Shown here in pieces: positions 29,032 through 46,902 of a stretch of DNA of 64,000 nucleotides. The position numbers and the translations under genes are program-made. How positions within the stretch are numbered: the stretch's first letter is position 1; every line of letters begins with the position of its first letter. The notes beneath the pieces were generated by a model. It worked only from the letters and a program-made list of their open reading frames with translations, was not told the origin of the DNA and made no database searches. Origin of the DNA: Amoebidium appalachense (Eukaryota; Protista; Ichthyosporea); assembly GCA_963693365.1 (NCBI GenBank), contig CAVNZM010000017.1, positions 5,136,708-5,200,707 of the forward strand. Reading direction: 5' to 3'.

Positions 29032-30048
29032 CGCACACACACAGAGAGAGAGACATGATTAAAAATATGCATGTGCTACATGTGCCACGTGGGTGACCTT
29101 GTTCTTGTAAGCACGTGCCCACTTTACACAGCTGCGGCTGGAAATTCAACCTGAAAATCATGCTCCGGTATACATCTGCATATGCACGTGGGAGTTCTAG
29201 ATCTATGGGCTTTTCCAACTCCGTGCCTAAAAATGGAGTGAAATGGAGATGGTCATTTGAAATGGACGCACAGCAAGCACAAAAGTTGACCATAGAGACC
29301 CACAGTCCACCACACATCAACACCATAACACACAAACACACCCCATCCACCCACCCACACCATTCAAGCTCTCCCGTTAACTCCAATAAAAAGCACCAAA
29401 CATACCACATTAGTGAATTTTGTTTTTTAGGCGTGCGCTAGCTTGATGACCCCCTTTATCACATTCTCGAGCTGTCTTCCTCCAACCGGTTCGTTGCGTT
29501 TTTTTTTTTAGTTGCCAATCCAAGAGCATTTCAAGGTGTTTGTGATTCGTTTATATGGTGGCGGTGGTGCTGGCGCCCCCGAAGCAGCAATGTGGGGCTG
29601 TTTTATAAGTTCAAGTACCGTGCACGTGGCAGCACAGGTAGATTCAATGACGTACTAGTATCATGATATACACACGATTCACTTGTCAGTAGACACACGA
29701 ACTCACAGAAATTGAGAAACAGATCTACATCATGACGCGCCGCTCCCCAGCTCTCCCCTTTCCTCCCACAGGCTCCCCCCCCCCCCCCCCCCCCCCCACC
29801 CCCTCCCTCCTCGCCATCACCACCAGCTCACCGCAGATATACTGGTTTTGATTGAGGCAGATTTTGCAGTTGTGGAATAAAGTGGGAAAGTGTTTGCGGA
29901 TCGGGGCCTCCTGGGCACTGTACATGTGTATAAGTACACATGTATAGTAGTGGTATTTACTTCTGGCGTGCGCACATGTGCATCAGTGCATCATGATGTG
30001 TCTGCATGTTGGAGGCAGGGGGAAGCTTAAGGGGCCCAGGGGGAGGAA

Positions 30049-30087
<39 letters not shown>

Positions 30088-30238
30088 GGAGGAACGAGAA
30101 TGGATGGGGATTCGGGCCTGAAACGACGCTGATTAACCTAGTGTCGATTTGAGAGAGAGGGAGAGGGAGAGAGAGGGAGGGAGAAGGAGGGAGAGAGGGG
30201 GGGGGGAGGGCGGGGGGGGGGAGAGAGAGAGAGAGCCT

Positions 30239-30270
<32 letters not shown>

Positions 30271-30287
30271 GGACGGAGGGAGAGAGG

Positions 30288-30398
<111 letters not shown>

Positions 30399-30781
30399 GT
30401 CAGATCTATAGTAGAAGGGGGTGCGCAGGCGCCCCAGGCCTAGGAGGGGAAGTGACCGTAAGAGAAATCCCCACAAGAGAGACTTATCTGAAAAAGGACC
30501 ACAAACTAGAGACACGGAGAGAACTTAGCACACAGGAATAGGTGCGAATATGGTCACACTAAGTAAAGCTTTTCAGCGGGTGGCGCCGCTGCGCGCGCCT
30601 CTATTCACTGAAGTCAGTCTCTATTCATTGAAGTTCGTCAGCAACACAATATCTCTATGCTGAGATAAACAGGCGATTATATCACCTATATAAAGCCACG
30701 GTTCCATCACCGCCCGCTGGCCTTTCCCAGCCGCCAAGTTGGGAGCCGGACCGATCGTTCCCGGGCACTTTTCATAGTTAT

Positions 30782-32231
30782 TTCAACTCTTCGGCTGTTT
30801 TTGGTGCTATACGGGCGTTAAAACCCCGCAAGGCGTGCGGGCCGGATGCTCTTCCTCCCGTGCTTTTCAAGGTTCTTTCTCCCGTGCTTCCGCCCCGTAA
30901 TCGTGCAGAGTCCCCCCCGCCCCCGCCTTTTGCTGTCCTTCTTAGTGAGTTTTTTTCGGCTTTTTTCGAACTCGGGTTTATTCCAAATTCGTGGCTTGAC
31001 ACAATCGTTACGCCCGTTCGTAAGAAGGTATCGCAGGGGGTCATTAACGACTTTCGTCCCGTCACACTTACCAATGTTTTTCGTCGGCTCTTCGAGGGTT
31101 GCATGCTTCGCGCGTTTAACACCGACGATTCTTTAAACGCCGTGTTCCGTCTTTCTTCCCTTCAAGGGGGCTTTCGTCATGCCTATTCGTGTTATACTCA
31201 CAGTCTGTTACTCCATGAATCCATTACTTCTGGCTCTCCACACGTTGTCTTCATCGACCTTAAGAACGCCTACGACACCGTACCCACTGGTTTGTTATGG
31301 CATAAGCTGGCTATGCGGGGCTTACCAGCCCCCTTTGGCCGTCTTCTGCAAGCGTTGTTCGATACCACTCGCGGACGAGCGGCGGTCAATGGAACATTAA
31401 CACCCGGTTTTTCCCGTTCCCGGGGTCTTCTTCAGGGGTCCCTCCAGAGTCCGTTGTTGTTTGACGTTTTCATTGACGATTTAGCCTGCGCCCTCGAACC
31501 CTTTGGCCAACTGCATACCCGCCGTGTACCGGGTCTCCTTTTTGCGGACGATATTGTTCTTTGTTCCTTAACCGAAGATGTCATGCACCAGATGCTTCGT
31601 CAGGTGGATCAATGGTGCACCGAGAATCTCATGTCAGTCGGAATTGCAAAGTGTGCTACTTTTTCGAAGAACACTTCCTTTCGATTGGCCGGCCTTCCTA
31701 TTCCTGTTCAGAGCACCTATGACTATTTGGGTATTCCTTTTACTGCACGGGGTATTGATTTTCGCAAGCTCCTCACGGCACGGATCACTCGTGCGAAGGG
31801 TAAGCTTCACATCGTGTCAAATATGTTTCAACAGGAGTCTGTGATCCATCCTGCGAACCTTCTTCTCTACTGGTTCGATTCGTGTGAAAAGCCAGATTGC
31901 CAGATTGCCAGAATGCCAGAATTTTGATGGCATTCCAGAAAGGCTAGATTTCGGTCCGGTTCTTGTAGAGCTAAAATCTAGCTTTTTGGGTCAAGAAGGC
32001 ACTTGCCATTTTGCGCGGTAATAGAATACCTTGGCTTATCTTAATGAACAATAATAGTTTTGAAATAATATTTAAATAATTTTTATTTTGTTAAATGGGC
32101 ATTTATTACCAAGTTTTATGCATTTTTGAAAAGCTATACTAATAAGGCAAAACGCCTAGGATTGGATACGAACTTTATATGGTGCTGGCACGGCCAATCG
32201 TAAGGCGCAGGGCAATCTGGCAATCTGGAAA

Positions 32232-32278
<47 letters not shown>

Positions 32279-33250
32279 CGCCAGATTCTGGAATCTGGAA
32301 GAGGGGTCAAATTGAATCTGGCCTTAAAAATTTGTTTAAATTTTACGTTCCGATTCGATTGATCGACGAATAACCATTTTTGGCGAGGCGGCTTTTAATC
32401 TGGCAATCTGGCAATCTGGCTTTTCACACGAATCGAACCACTATAAAACTTTTTTACGGCCGACTTTCGAATATGGACTTCCGCTATTGGCCTTCGCCCC
32501 ACCTCGCGAGGCGGCAATGGCGCTGAAAGAGTTCGACGATTTTCAGGGCACTGCGCTACGCACTTTGTTTCGTACTCGGTTTGTGCCTCCCTTAATCAGT
32601 ATGTTTGGATTGTCGTCTGCTGTTTGTCGTATGGAGGAATTGTCTCTTCGTTTTTGTTTTCATTTAGTTAGGCTACCTGATGGTCACCCTCTTTATGCTT
32701 TCTTTCCCCCCCTCCCTCCATCCCTCTTCCCCCCCGATTCACCAACGCTACTTCTGAATGTCCTCAGCCTACCCTCTTTCCACCTGATTCTTCCTCTCGC
32801 TATCTCACTCCCTCTTTCTTTTCTCTTCCTGTTTTTTCTGCCTTTTCGCATTATTACCATACGCAGTATAAGTTTCTTTCTCGTTCTGATAGAGAAATCA
32901 AAGGTAAAACTCAGTCGGCATGTGTTATGTTCCTTAGGAAACACTGTACTGATCATTATCGCTTTTTGGGAGCTTTGGCAGGATACATTTCTCCTGCTGT
33001 ACGTATGGATACCACCCTAGTAGATAAGTCTGTATGGTGCTCTGATGTTGATATTGCCTGGGAAGTTGTGCAGTGGCGCTGTAATTCTTGTTTTCATCGC
33101 CGCTGGTGCCACTTTTGTGCTGACCTTTTTAATCGCAAGCATGTTGATAGGTGTGAATTTTTATGTCGCGTTTTACCTCTTTCCCTCCGGGTATCTGCTA
33201 CACTAGCTGGCAATGTGAACACTGGGGGGAAGGGGAGGGGGAGTCCATAA
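30782..33250 (+). mobile_element. Degenerate non-LTR retrotransposon (LINE) RT region, interrupted by a MITE
   Basis: Motifs KACGPD, FRPVTL, QGGFR, FIDLKNAYDTV, GLLQGSLQSPLLF, LLFADD and YLGI; LLLY|KTFLRPTFEYG is restored on removing 31870-32440 plus the duplicated target; Cys/His-rich tail; no endonuclease domain seen. Confidence 0.9.
31870..32440. mobile_element. MITE family 2 inserted in the LINE
   Basis: About 42-bp TIR TGGTTCGATTCGTGTGAAAAGCCAGATTGCCAGATTGCCAGA; CTA (or TA) duplicated; splits a conserved RT motif. Confidence 0.9.
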
Positions 33251-33395
33251 GGTTTTTTTTATGTTGTCTTATGCCTATATTCATGCTTTGGTAAGCCCCG
33301 TCGTTAACTTGGTGACGAGACACCAAATGAAAAATGTTCCTTGAATACCATATTAGGCTATTGTTGGTTATTTTGCTGTTTTTTCCGGTCCTAAA

Positions 33396-37823
<4,428 letters not shown>

Positions 37824-38517
37824 TTTGATTGGCAGAGATCATCAGAAGTGCACAAGGGTATATGTACTGCTCGTATGCATTTGGCGGAGTAGAATTTGAA
37901 TATATATATATAGATGACTCCTACTTTTTTTTTAGGTTTATAAAAATACATATTCCTATGCACGTAAAACGATTTGTGTATGCAAAAGAAAATATTTTAG
38001 CCAATGCGCGTTTCCCAATATATTTTTTCCGAAGTTTTTTCTTTCAAAGGTCTCTTGTCACTTTCTTTCCTTTTCTTTTTCTTTTTCTTTTTCTATTTTT
38101 TTTAGTTGTAGTTGTTCCTGTTGTTTGTGTGTGTGTGTGGGGGGGGGGGGGGGGGGGGGGGGGAGGGGATAAATATAAAATCAAGAATGTTCAAGTTGAA
38201 CTTGTAATTATCGGCCAAGCTGCTGAGAACATAGATAGCACCCTAACTAGTATACTAGTACTGTCGGTGCTGTGTGGTAGACGGCATCTCCCTCGAGGGC
38301 CTGGAAAGGTCCTCCGGGAACAAAAACGTGATAAAATAAAAATAAAAAGGCCAAGCTATTGCATATAAATGTGTCTGGGTGCCACGGAGTACACATATGA
38401 CATACCAGTACACATATGACATGCCAATGCCATTGTTCTCGCTTGATCAGTGCCTGAAAATTTGGGCATCCATCCGAGACTCCCGTGTGTGTGTGTATCA
38501 CGGTGTGTGTGTGTGTG

Positions 38518-38560
<43 letters not shown>

Positions 38561-38726
38561 TGGATGCGCAAGTGGTCACTGGTGGTGAGCATACGTACTA
38601 TGCGCGCCGGGTTGAATTCAAAGTGGACGGTGCTGCCGTACCTCTTGCGCATGCGCCGGTATCCCGTTAATTACTATGTGATTTTAATATGACATACAGT
38701 ACATATATAGCTATACATTTGTGTGT

Positions 38727-38803
<77 letters not shown>

Positions 38804-39437
38804 TGCGTGCGTGCGTGTGTGTGTGTGTGTGTGTGTATGTGTGCGTGCGTGTGCGTGCGTGCGTGACCACCCAGCGTGACTCGGTTGGGAAAAAGCGCAC
38901 ACTTTCGCCTGAGCTGAGGACCTTGTTGGTCCGAGCCGTCGACACGCATATTTGCATCTACTAAATGCTAAATGCCTTCAATGGATCGGGCCAATCAGGT
39001 GCGTACGTTATCCGGATGGCGGCGCCGGGGAGGGGGGAGGGAGGGGGGCGGGGGAGGGGGGGGGGGGGGGGGGGGGTTGGGGGTTGGTTGGCTTCACAGA
39101 GCACACATGACACACGCTTGGCGTGTTGGTTCAGTTATTTACCAATCATTCCTGCAGCGGCTCGAGTATATGTAGGGTGCGATATCATACAAGCTGAGTG
39201 AGTGGGTAAGACTCTATTCCACACGTATGTGTACGCAGATGTACCCACTGCCGCACTCGCGGATACATATGTATATAGCTTAGTCATTGTTTGTCTCAGC
39301 CTAGATAGTCGACATTGCCTGCAAAAACAAAGAAGATGGCCATGAAATGTAGGAAAAGTTTTAGAGAGTAACGAGCAAGCTCAGAGAAGAGGGGGGAGAA
39401 GGTGAAGGAAGATAGGGGGGTAAACGAAGATGGGGAG

Positions 39438-39477
<40 letters not shown>

Positions 39478-39576
39478 CGGAATGGGGGAGGGGGGTGCGC
39501 AGTGAGAGGGTCAAGTGAGACAAACAAGTGGATGGGCACGCTCAAATTTGTCACCGCGCGATGTCGCAACACGACT

Positions 39577-39710
39577 TGGCCGATCCCGCGGATTCCAAAC
39601 ATTCCTCACATACCTAAACTTTATGTGATGTTTGATTGGCATTTAGTCACCAATCAGTAAATCCGAACGAACGGAGCAGATGACGACGATCTGTGCCACA
39701 GGTATATAAG
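39577..39710 (+). promoter_or_regulatory. Putative promoter of the secreted peptide gene
   Basis: GATTGG and CCAAT boxes, GCAGATGACGACGATC and GGTATATAAG, conserved in the paralog at about 44895-45030. Confidence 0.6.
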
Positions 39711-39860
39711 GGCAGCCCATCGTCAGTTCATCATATTCACTCTTGTCACAGCAAGTCTACGCAAACACGGCAGCACGCGTGCACACTCGGAACCGACACG
39801 CTCTCCCTTAGTGTAAATTTACCTAAGTTCTTTTCAAATTTACAGACTGCGCCCGCCACC

Positions 39861-40649
39861 ATGAAGTTTACGGTCCTATTCGCTGTCTTTGGCGCCATTG
39901 CCACCACCTCGGTTCTGTCCGCACCTACAGCACCGGCACCTGTCGGGAACAATCACACGGCTGTGGACGCGGCAGAGGCCCCGCCAGCAGGTGGCCATGC
40001 TCAGCCCGCAGGTGCAGAGGTAGTCGGGCACAACATCCCAAAAACACGTGTTGTGGACGCAGAGGCCCCGCCCGCTGGTGGCCATGCACAGCCGGCAGCT
40101 GCACCTGCACCCGCAGAGCCTGCAGCTATGGGCCGCAGTGCGCGTGGAACGCATGTGTCTGCACGTGCACCCGTAGAACCCGTAATTGTTGGGCACATGC
40201 AAAACATCCCCATTACCCGGGTTGTGGACGTCGACGCAGAGGCCCCCCCCGCTGGTGGCCATGCACAGCCCGCAGGTGCACCTGCCCCTACACCTGCACC
40301 CGCTGAACCCGCAGCCGAATTAATATTCGAACCTGTCGGGCACAACATCCCCATCACACGGGTTGTGGATGCAGCTGCCCCGCCTGCCGGCGCCCACGCA
40401 GACCCTGCGTCCTCCTCCTCCTCCTCCTCTTCGCACAAATCTGCGCGCCAGGTTCCTCCAAGCATCAGCACACCGATGGAGGGAGATGTGAACACCGTGA
40501 CACCTGCCCAACTCGAGCCTAGCACGGTGGTCACACACGACATGGTTGCAAGAATGGTCGCTGGGACTGACCCATATATTGAATGCATGAACAAGTGCTT
40601 GGAGGATGGGCGCATGTCGCAGTTTGGTTGCATGCAGTATTGCGAGTGA
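39861..40649 (+). CDS. Secreted precursor protein (262 aa): signal peptide, Pro/Ala-rich repeats and C-terminal CX3C-X10-CX3C hairpin peptide
   Basis: GCCACCATG start; MKFTVLFAVFGAIATTSVLS signal-like N-terminus; repeats VGH(N)IP(I/K)TRVVD-AEAPPAGGHAQPA; ends PYIECMNKCLEDGRMSQFGCMQYCE*; intronless; paralogs nearby. Confidence 0.88.
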   Translation: MKFTVLFAVFGAIATTSVLSAPTAPAPVGNNHTAVDAAEAPPAGGHAQPAGAEVVGHNIPKTRVVDAEAPPAGGHAQPAAAPAPAEPAAMGRSARGTHVSARAPVEPVIVGHMQNIPITRVVDVDAEAPPAGGHAQPAGAPAPTPAPAEPAAELIFEPVGHNIPITRVVDAAAPPAGAHADPASSSSSSSSHKSARQVPPSISTPMEGDVNTVTPAQLEPSTVVTHDMVARMVAGTDPYIECMNKCLEDGRMSQFGCMQYCE

Positions 40650-41026
40650 GCACATGATGTTGATGTATATATATTGCGGCTTTATCGCATGTACATCACC
40701 GAGGTACGGTGGTGCAGGTGTCGATGAGTATTGAACATATATATGATACGAATATGTAGCCGTGCTGGTAACAGCTGGGATAATACGTATAAACACGTAT
40801 CGATAGTAGCATTCTGTTTCACTACAGTGTACCGCAGCACGCCTAGGTCCGGAACTGACGTGCTATCATATTCGAACAATAAAATTGCACATTTATTTTT
40901 TGTCCTAGTATTGCCTTAACATATATATAAGCACCACTGGTTATTATCCGATGGCTTTTAAATTGCCCAGTGGGCCATAGATATACAGTATCCCCCCCTC
41001 CCCCCCCAACCCCTAATAATAATAAT

Positions 41027-41275
41027 CCCACGCAGACCCTGCATCCTCCTCCTCCTCCTCCTCTTCGCACAAATATGCGCGCCAGTTTCCTCCAAGCATC
41101 AGCAAACCGATGAAGGGAGATAAGAACACCGTGACACCTGCCCAACTCGAGCCCAGCACGGTCGCCACACACGACATGGTTGCAAGAATGGTCGCTGACC
41201 CATATTGCATGTATGAACAAGTGCTTGCAGGACGGGCGCATGTCGCAGTTCGCTTGCATGCAGTAGTGCGAGTGA
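41027..41275 (+). pseudogene. Tandem 3' fragment of the secreted precursor gene
   Basis: Copy of about 40394-40649 with small deletions and CAGTAG in place of CAGTAT; diverged 3' flank also duplicated. Confidence 0.88.
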
Positions 41276-41656
41276 GCGCTGCATGTTTTTTTGTTATGTG
41301 TAGCCGGTTTTAACACCTCAGATCGATGGTGGCGGATCGGATGCATTGTAACATAAATACTGCACGAGTAGCTGTGCCGGTAAGAGCTGGGTCAAATAAA
41401 CATGAAATATAAATTTGTTTCACTACAGTGTGTGTACCATAGCACGCCCAGACCTGGAGCGGGTCCCTTGTAATGCAATATGCTTATATTTGTTCTTTAA
41501 TATTATTCGATACTCCCCCTCCCCCCCCCTCCCCCCCTCCCCCCCCCCCCCCCCTCGTTTTCTTTTTTCAGTCTGCCCGAAGCATGAACCTGACTATGCA
41601 ATGACTAATCATTCGAGGCCTTGTGGAGCTCTGGGCAGTCGGGACACACACAAGGA

Positions 41657-41806
41657 GGACCCAACCACACCAGCTGATTAATTCTACCAAAGGCAGAATG
41701 ATTTTCTTATTTTGCACAATAATAAATAATTCAGAATCTGCCGCGTAGCTGAATAATTCTGCTAAAAGCAAGTTCATTCAGCCCGTACGCGTAGTGGTTG
41801 GGGCCC
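41657..41806. mobile_element. Short MITE family 1 copy
   Basis: GGACCCAACCAC...GTGGTTGGGGCCC with GCAGAAT/ATTCTGC motifs. Confidence 0.7.
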
Positions 41807-42031
41807 TTAACAGTAACTGAGCCACATATGTCTCTCTGCGTGTGTGATGGAGAGTGTGATGACGGGCTGGTGGTGGTGTGGTATACATGATGGCCCGGCC
41901 AATGCTGATGGTGCTCGAACGGTTGCAAAACAATTGAGGGGGGGGGGGGGGGGGGAGGGGGGGGGGGGGGGACCGGGTAATTGCATATATAGCCTGTGTG
42001 CAAGGTTCGTGTATCAAGGCACAATCACTAT

Positions 42032-42072
<41 letters not shown>

Positions 42073-42240
42073 ACCACCACCACCACCACCCACCCACCCA
42101 CCCACCCACCCACCACCACTTGGCAAAAATAAAAAAAAGGAGAAAGAAAGAAAAAGAAAGGTTTGGTGCCCGTGCCATAGTGGTGGTGCTGAGTGAGTGA
42201 GTACGTAGGTGCCACGTCAGTGTGTGTGTGTGTGTGCGTG

Positions 42241-42352
<112 letters not shown>

Positions 42353-42517
42353 ACTAAAACTTAGTAACAACAATCATTAATAATAGCAATAATAATCAAA
42401 CCACGGAAATAGCAAATACACAACAAAACAGAAACAAAACAAAAGACTTACCTACCGCCCGCCCACCTCATTGCAACTTGTTCTTCTTGTACTTGTAAGG
42501 CCATTATAACTGCGTAA

Positions 42518-43327
42518 GGGCGTGTTTGGCAGCCGAAAAAAAGGGTATTCGTATTATTGTGCGAAAAGACGAATAATCGTATTTATGAAATTATTTTGTG
42601 GTATGCGTACATTTATGTGGGGGCAATAATACGATTATGGCGTGCCAAACACGCCTACAAGGTGTGTATATGAACACATGTGTTCCGGCGTCAAATGGAG
42701 TATTGTGTGTAATGCTATTCATATGTTTCATTGCGAAAATGACTATGTAAACACGCAAGACGTGCTTGCTCGATCGTATTAACAAATTTTACGCTTCGTC
42801 AATGGAATGCCAAAAGTGTTTTGCTCAGATGTTTGATTGGGCGAAGGGATGTAAACCGATAAGAACCACTAATAGGTATACATTTAGTACCTCGAAGTGG
42901 AGCTAATGTCATATTTTGAGCGTGATTTTCTATATTATATATATTAATTTTACATATTGATACTCTGACATACCTACTGTTCTATATTATTTATTTCTAT
43001 TGTTAAGAATGCATTTTTGCGAGCCGCTCGCCTAACTCCCAGCCGAAATAACCATAAATGGTTTGCAACAATGTCCAAATATGATTGGATCAGATTGATC
43101 CAATAGAAGCTTATTTCGCTTATGATTGGCTAAAAGTTATATCGTCTTTTCGAAAATGACCTTCGGAGTTGATTTTTTCGAAAAGACGATATAAAAGGGA
43201 TCCTATCGTCTTTTCGCGAGATATAATTCTGCGGCGTGTTTGGCACGACACAAATTCGTATCCGTGGTATTGCGCGAAAAGACGAATACGATGAAAAGAC
43301 GATATAACGGCGCTGCCAAACACGCCC
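42518..43327. mobile_element. PIF/Harbinger (Tourist-like) MITE
   Basis: TIR GGGCGTGTTTGGCAGC...GCTGCCAAACACGCCC, perfect TAA TSD on both sides, AT-rich non-coding interior. Confidence 0.92.
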
Positions 43328-43458
43328 TAATGCAGATTTCTGTACGTGTGCAGTGCAACATAACATACCAATTCTGGGCCATATAAACAGACACCATGGC
43401 AGACAAAATAGAACATGTGCATGCAACAGGTCCTGGATCTCGAGAGGATTAGAAGGGG

Positions 43459-43611
<153 letters not shown>

Positions 43612-43636
43612 TGTGTGCGTGTGCGTGTGTGTACAC

Positions 43637-43669
<33 letters not shown>

Positions 43670-43751
43670 TGTGTGCGTGTGTGCGTGTGTGTGTGGCCTT
43701 AGGGGGATCCGGAACGGGGATGGCTGTGTGTGTGTGCGTTTGTGTGTGTGT

Positions 43752-43793
<42 letters not shown>

Positions 43794-43839
43794 CTGACAG
43801 AGAGAGTGAGAAAGAGAGAGGGGGAGTGGGGAGAGAGAG

Positions 43840-43884
<45 letters not shown>

Positions 43885-43987
43885 GAGTGAGGGAGTGAGG
43901 GAGGGAGAGGGGGAGAGAAATGTAGAGAGAAAGGGAGGAAGGGAGAGAGAGAGAGAGACAGAGAGAGAAAGCTCGGAGAGAGAGCTA

Positions 43988-44059
<72 letters not shown>

Positions 44060-44569
44060 GAGGGAGAGAGAGAGAGAGAGAGCGAGATTTATGCATGTGC
44101 ATGCGTGTGCACGCAGTGGATGGGGTCCCGCGAAGGGGAGGTGGCGGGCGGGGTGGTAGTAGCTATTTAGTGCTGTTATGGTGTTGGTGATTGGGTGCAC
44201 GTGACAAGTGGTCACCGGGCCCGTGGGGCTAGCTGGGCTTGTTGGGGGATGTTGGCGGCGGCCGCGGAGAGAAGGTGGAGGGGGGGGGGGGGGGGGGGAG
44301 GGAAAGAGAGAATGGGGGGGGGTGGGGGCCGGGGGGAGTTGGTTGGCTTCACAGAGCACGCATCAAGCAAGCTTAGCGTGTTGGTTCATGTACCTACTGC
44401 CGCACTCGCGGGTACGCAGCATAGTATTCTGCGTGGTTAGGTTTGTTTGTCAAGTATAAGTGACACAAACAAGGGGCACGCCACTGCAGGGCACGCGCAA
44501 TCTGTACAAATCATGCGCCTGCCCCGCGCCCGCGAACCGCAGTGCCGGCCCCCGCCAGCACTGGCCCAG

Positions 44570-44883
44570 CAGGGGTGTGGTGTCAGTGACTTCATTTTGC
44601 GACTTGAAGTCACCAAGCACCCTGACTTCAGTCAAATCAAGTCAGGCCCTGAGGCCGGACATAGGAGTGACTTGAGGGGGGGAGGAAGGCTTGGGCCGGT
44701 GAAACATAGGAGGGTGGGTGGGAAGGGGGGGCGCAATGGCCACCCATGGCCCAGCCGGCCGGAGGAGATACTAAAAATAGTACCGCTCCAAGTCGCGACT
44801 TCAAATCAAATCAAGTCATCAAACCCCGCAAACAATTATAATTATAAGTCAAGTCAAGTCATGGAGGCTCTGCCACACCCCTG
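44570..44883. mobile_element. Probable hAT-like MITE
   Basis: TIR CAGGGGTGTGG...CCACACCCCTG with subterminal TGACT/AGTCA repeats; the 8-bp TSD is poorly conserved. Confidence 0.6.
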
Positions 44884-45176
44884 GCCGCCAGGCTCGGCCG
44901 ATCCCGCAGATTCCAAACATTCCTGACATACCTAACTCTAGATGATGTGTGATTGGCTTGTTTCTACCAATCACCAAATCCGACGACACGGAGCAGATGA
45001 CGACGATCTTAGCCGCAGGTATATAGAGGCAGTCCATGTTCGAATTCAGTTATTCATTCGATCTGGTCACAGCAAATCTACAAACACAACAAGCGTTTCA
45101 AGCGTGCACATTCGCGACCGACACGATCTCCTTCAAAAAAATTCTTCCATTTCTGTCAACTTTACAAGCCCGTACC

Positions 45177-45859
45177 ATGAAGTTTGCGGCCCTTTTCGCT
45201 GCCTTTGGCGCCATTCCCACCACCTCGGTTCTGTCCGCACCCACAGCACCGGCACCCGTCGGGAACAATCACAGGGCTGTGCAGGCAGAGGCCCCGCCCG
45301 CAGGTGGCCATGCTCAGCCCGCAGGTACACCTGCCCCCGCAGAGCCTGCAGCTATGCTTCGCAGTGTTCGTGGAACGCATGTGTCTGCACGTGCACCCCC
45401 GTAGAACCCGTAATTGTTGGGCACATGCACAACATCCCCATTACCCGGGTTGTGGACGCAGAGGCCCCGCCCGCCAGTGGCCATGCACAGCCCGCAGGTG
45501 CACCTGTACCCGCACCTGCACCAGCTGAACTCGCAGCCGAACCTGTCGGGCACAACATCCCCATCACACGGGTTGTGCACGCAGCTGCCCCGCCCGCCGG
45601 CGCCCACGCAGACCCTGCATCCTCCTCCTCCTCCTCCTCTTCGCACAAATCTGTGCGCCAGGTTCCTCCAAGCATCAGCACACCAATGGAGGGAGATGTG
45701 AACACCGTGACACCTGCCCAACTCGAACCCAGCACGGTCGCCACACACGGCATGGTTGCAAGAATGGTCGCTGGGACTGACCCATATATTGAATGTATGA
45801 AAAAATGCTTGCAGGATGGGCGCATGTCGCAGTTTGGTTGCATGCAGTACTGCGAGTGA
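45177..45859 (+). CDS. Second secreted hairpin-peptide precursor; frameshift at the C5 run 45396-45400 (pseudogene or homopolymer error)
   Basis: MKFAALFAAFGAIPTTSVLSAP...; after the shift continues VEPVIVGHMHNIPITRVVD...PYIECMKKCLQDGRMSQFGCMQYCE*; one repeat fewer than 39861-40649. Confidence 0.8.
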
Positions 45860-46264
45860 GCACTGGATGATGCATATGCATGACGTACACATTGCAACGG
45901 TTTATTGAATTCAGTAGTACTACCAAATCATTGAGATGGTGTCGATGCATAAACAACAAATATATTGAACGTGCGCGTACGAGTAGCCGTGTATTAATAT
46001 AATAATAATACGAATAGCTGTGTGTCTGGCAACAGCCGTGTAATGATCATGGCATGGGGAAGACCAATGCATGCATTGGGCCCTTGGTTAGTACGTATTG
46101 GTGTTTCACTACAGTGTATCGCAGCACTCGTGCCTAGGCCTGGAGCTGTGCTTATGATGATCAATAAAAGAACACGTTTGGATTTATTGCCGTTACATAA
46201 GCACCACTTGTTGTCCGATGGTTATCGCCCAGCCCACAGATAATCTTCTCCCCCCTTCCCCCCC

Positions 46265-46315
<51 letters not shown>

Positions 46316-46316
46316 A

Positions 46317-46500
46317 AGGCCCAACCACATCGGCTGACTCAGTCAACTTGCTCCGAGCAGGATTAATCTGCAAAAAGCAGAATTATTCTGCAAAAGCAGA
46401 ATTATTTCTAATTTTTTTCTGCTTTTAGCAGAATTATTCCGCTAAAAGCAGAATTATTCCGCTAACAGCATAATTATTCAGAATCTGCTGTCGAAAGCAG
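46317..46500. mobile_element. Truncated MITE family 1 copy
   Basis: Left TIR GGCCCAACCACATCGGCTGA and GCAGAATTATTCTGC arrays; no right TIR seen. Confidence 0.7.
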
Positions 46501-46554
46501 TGTTGGCCACGTGAGTGAGTCATGAGCGAGCAAGTGTGTGTGTGTGTGTGTGTT

Positions 46555-46621
<67 letters not shown>

Positions 46622-46871
46622 GTGTGTGATAGAGAATGTATGTGGGTGTATGGGTGTTTCTGTGTGTATGGGGGGGAAGGGGGTGGGCGAGGGGGTGAGG
46701 GGGGTGGCGGAAGGGGGGAGGGGGGGGGAAGGGGAAAGAGGGAATCTCAGACACACAAGAGCATTAAGAAACTGACACATGCTACAAAGTAACAGTTTGC
46801 CGGATATTGACATATGATAACAGATGTAAGCCATTCCTGCATTCCTGTGACGTCCGGCCGCAGTGATTTCA

Positions 46872-46902
<31 letters not shown>

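Noticed and set aside
29090-29930. Possible - strand exons (CCASISNDHLHF..., APIRKHFPTLFHNCKIC...)
   Set aside because: Could not be joined into a consistent gene model or assigned to a family
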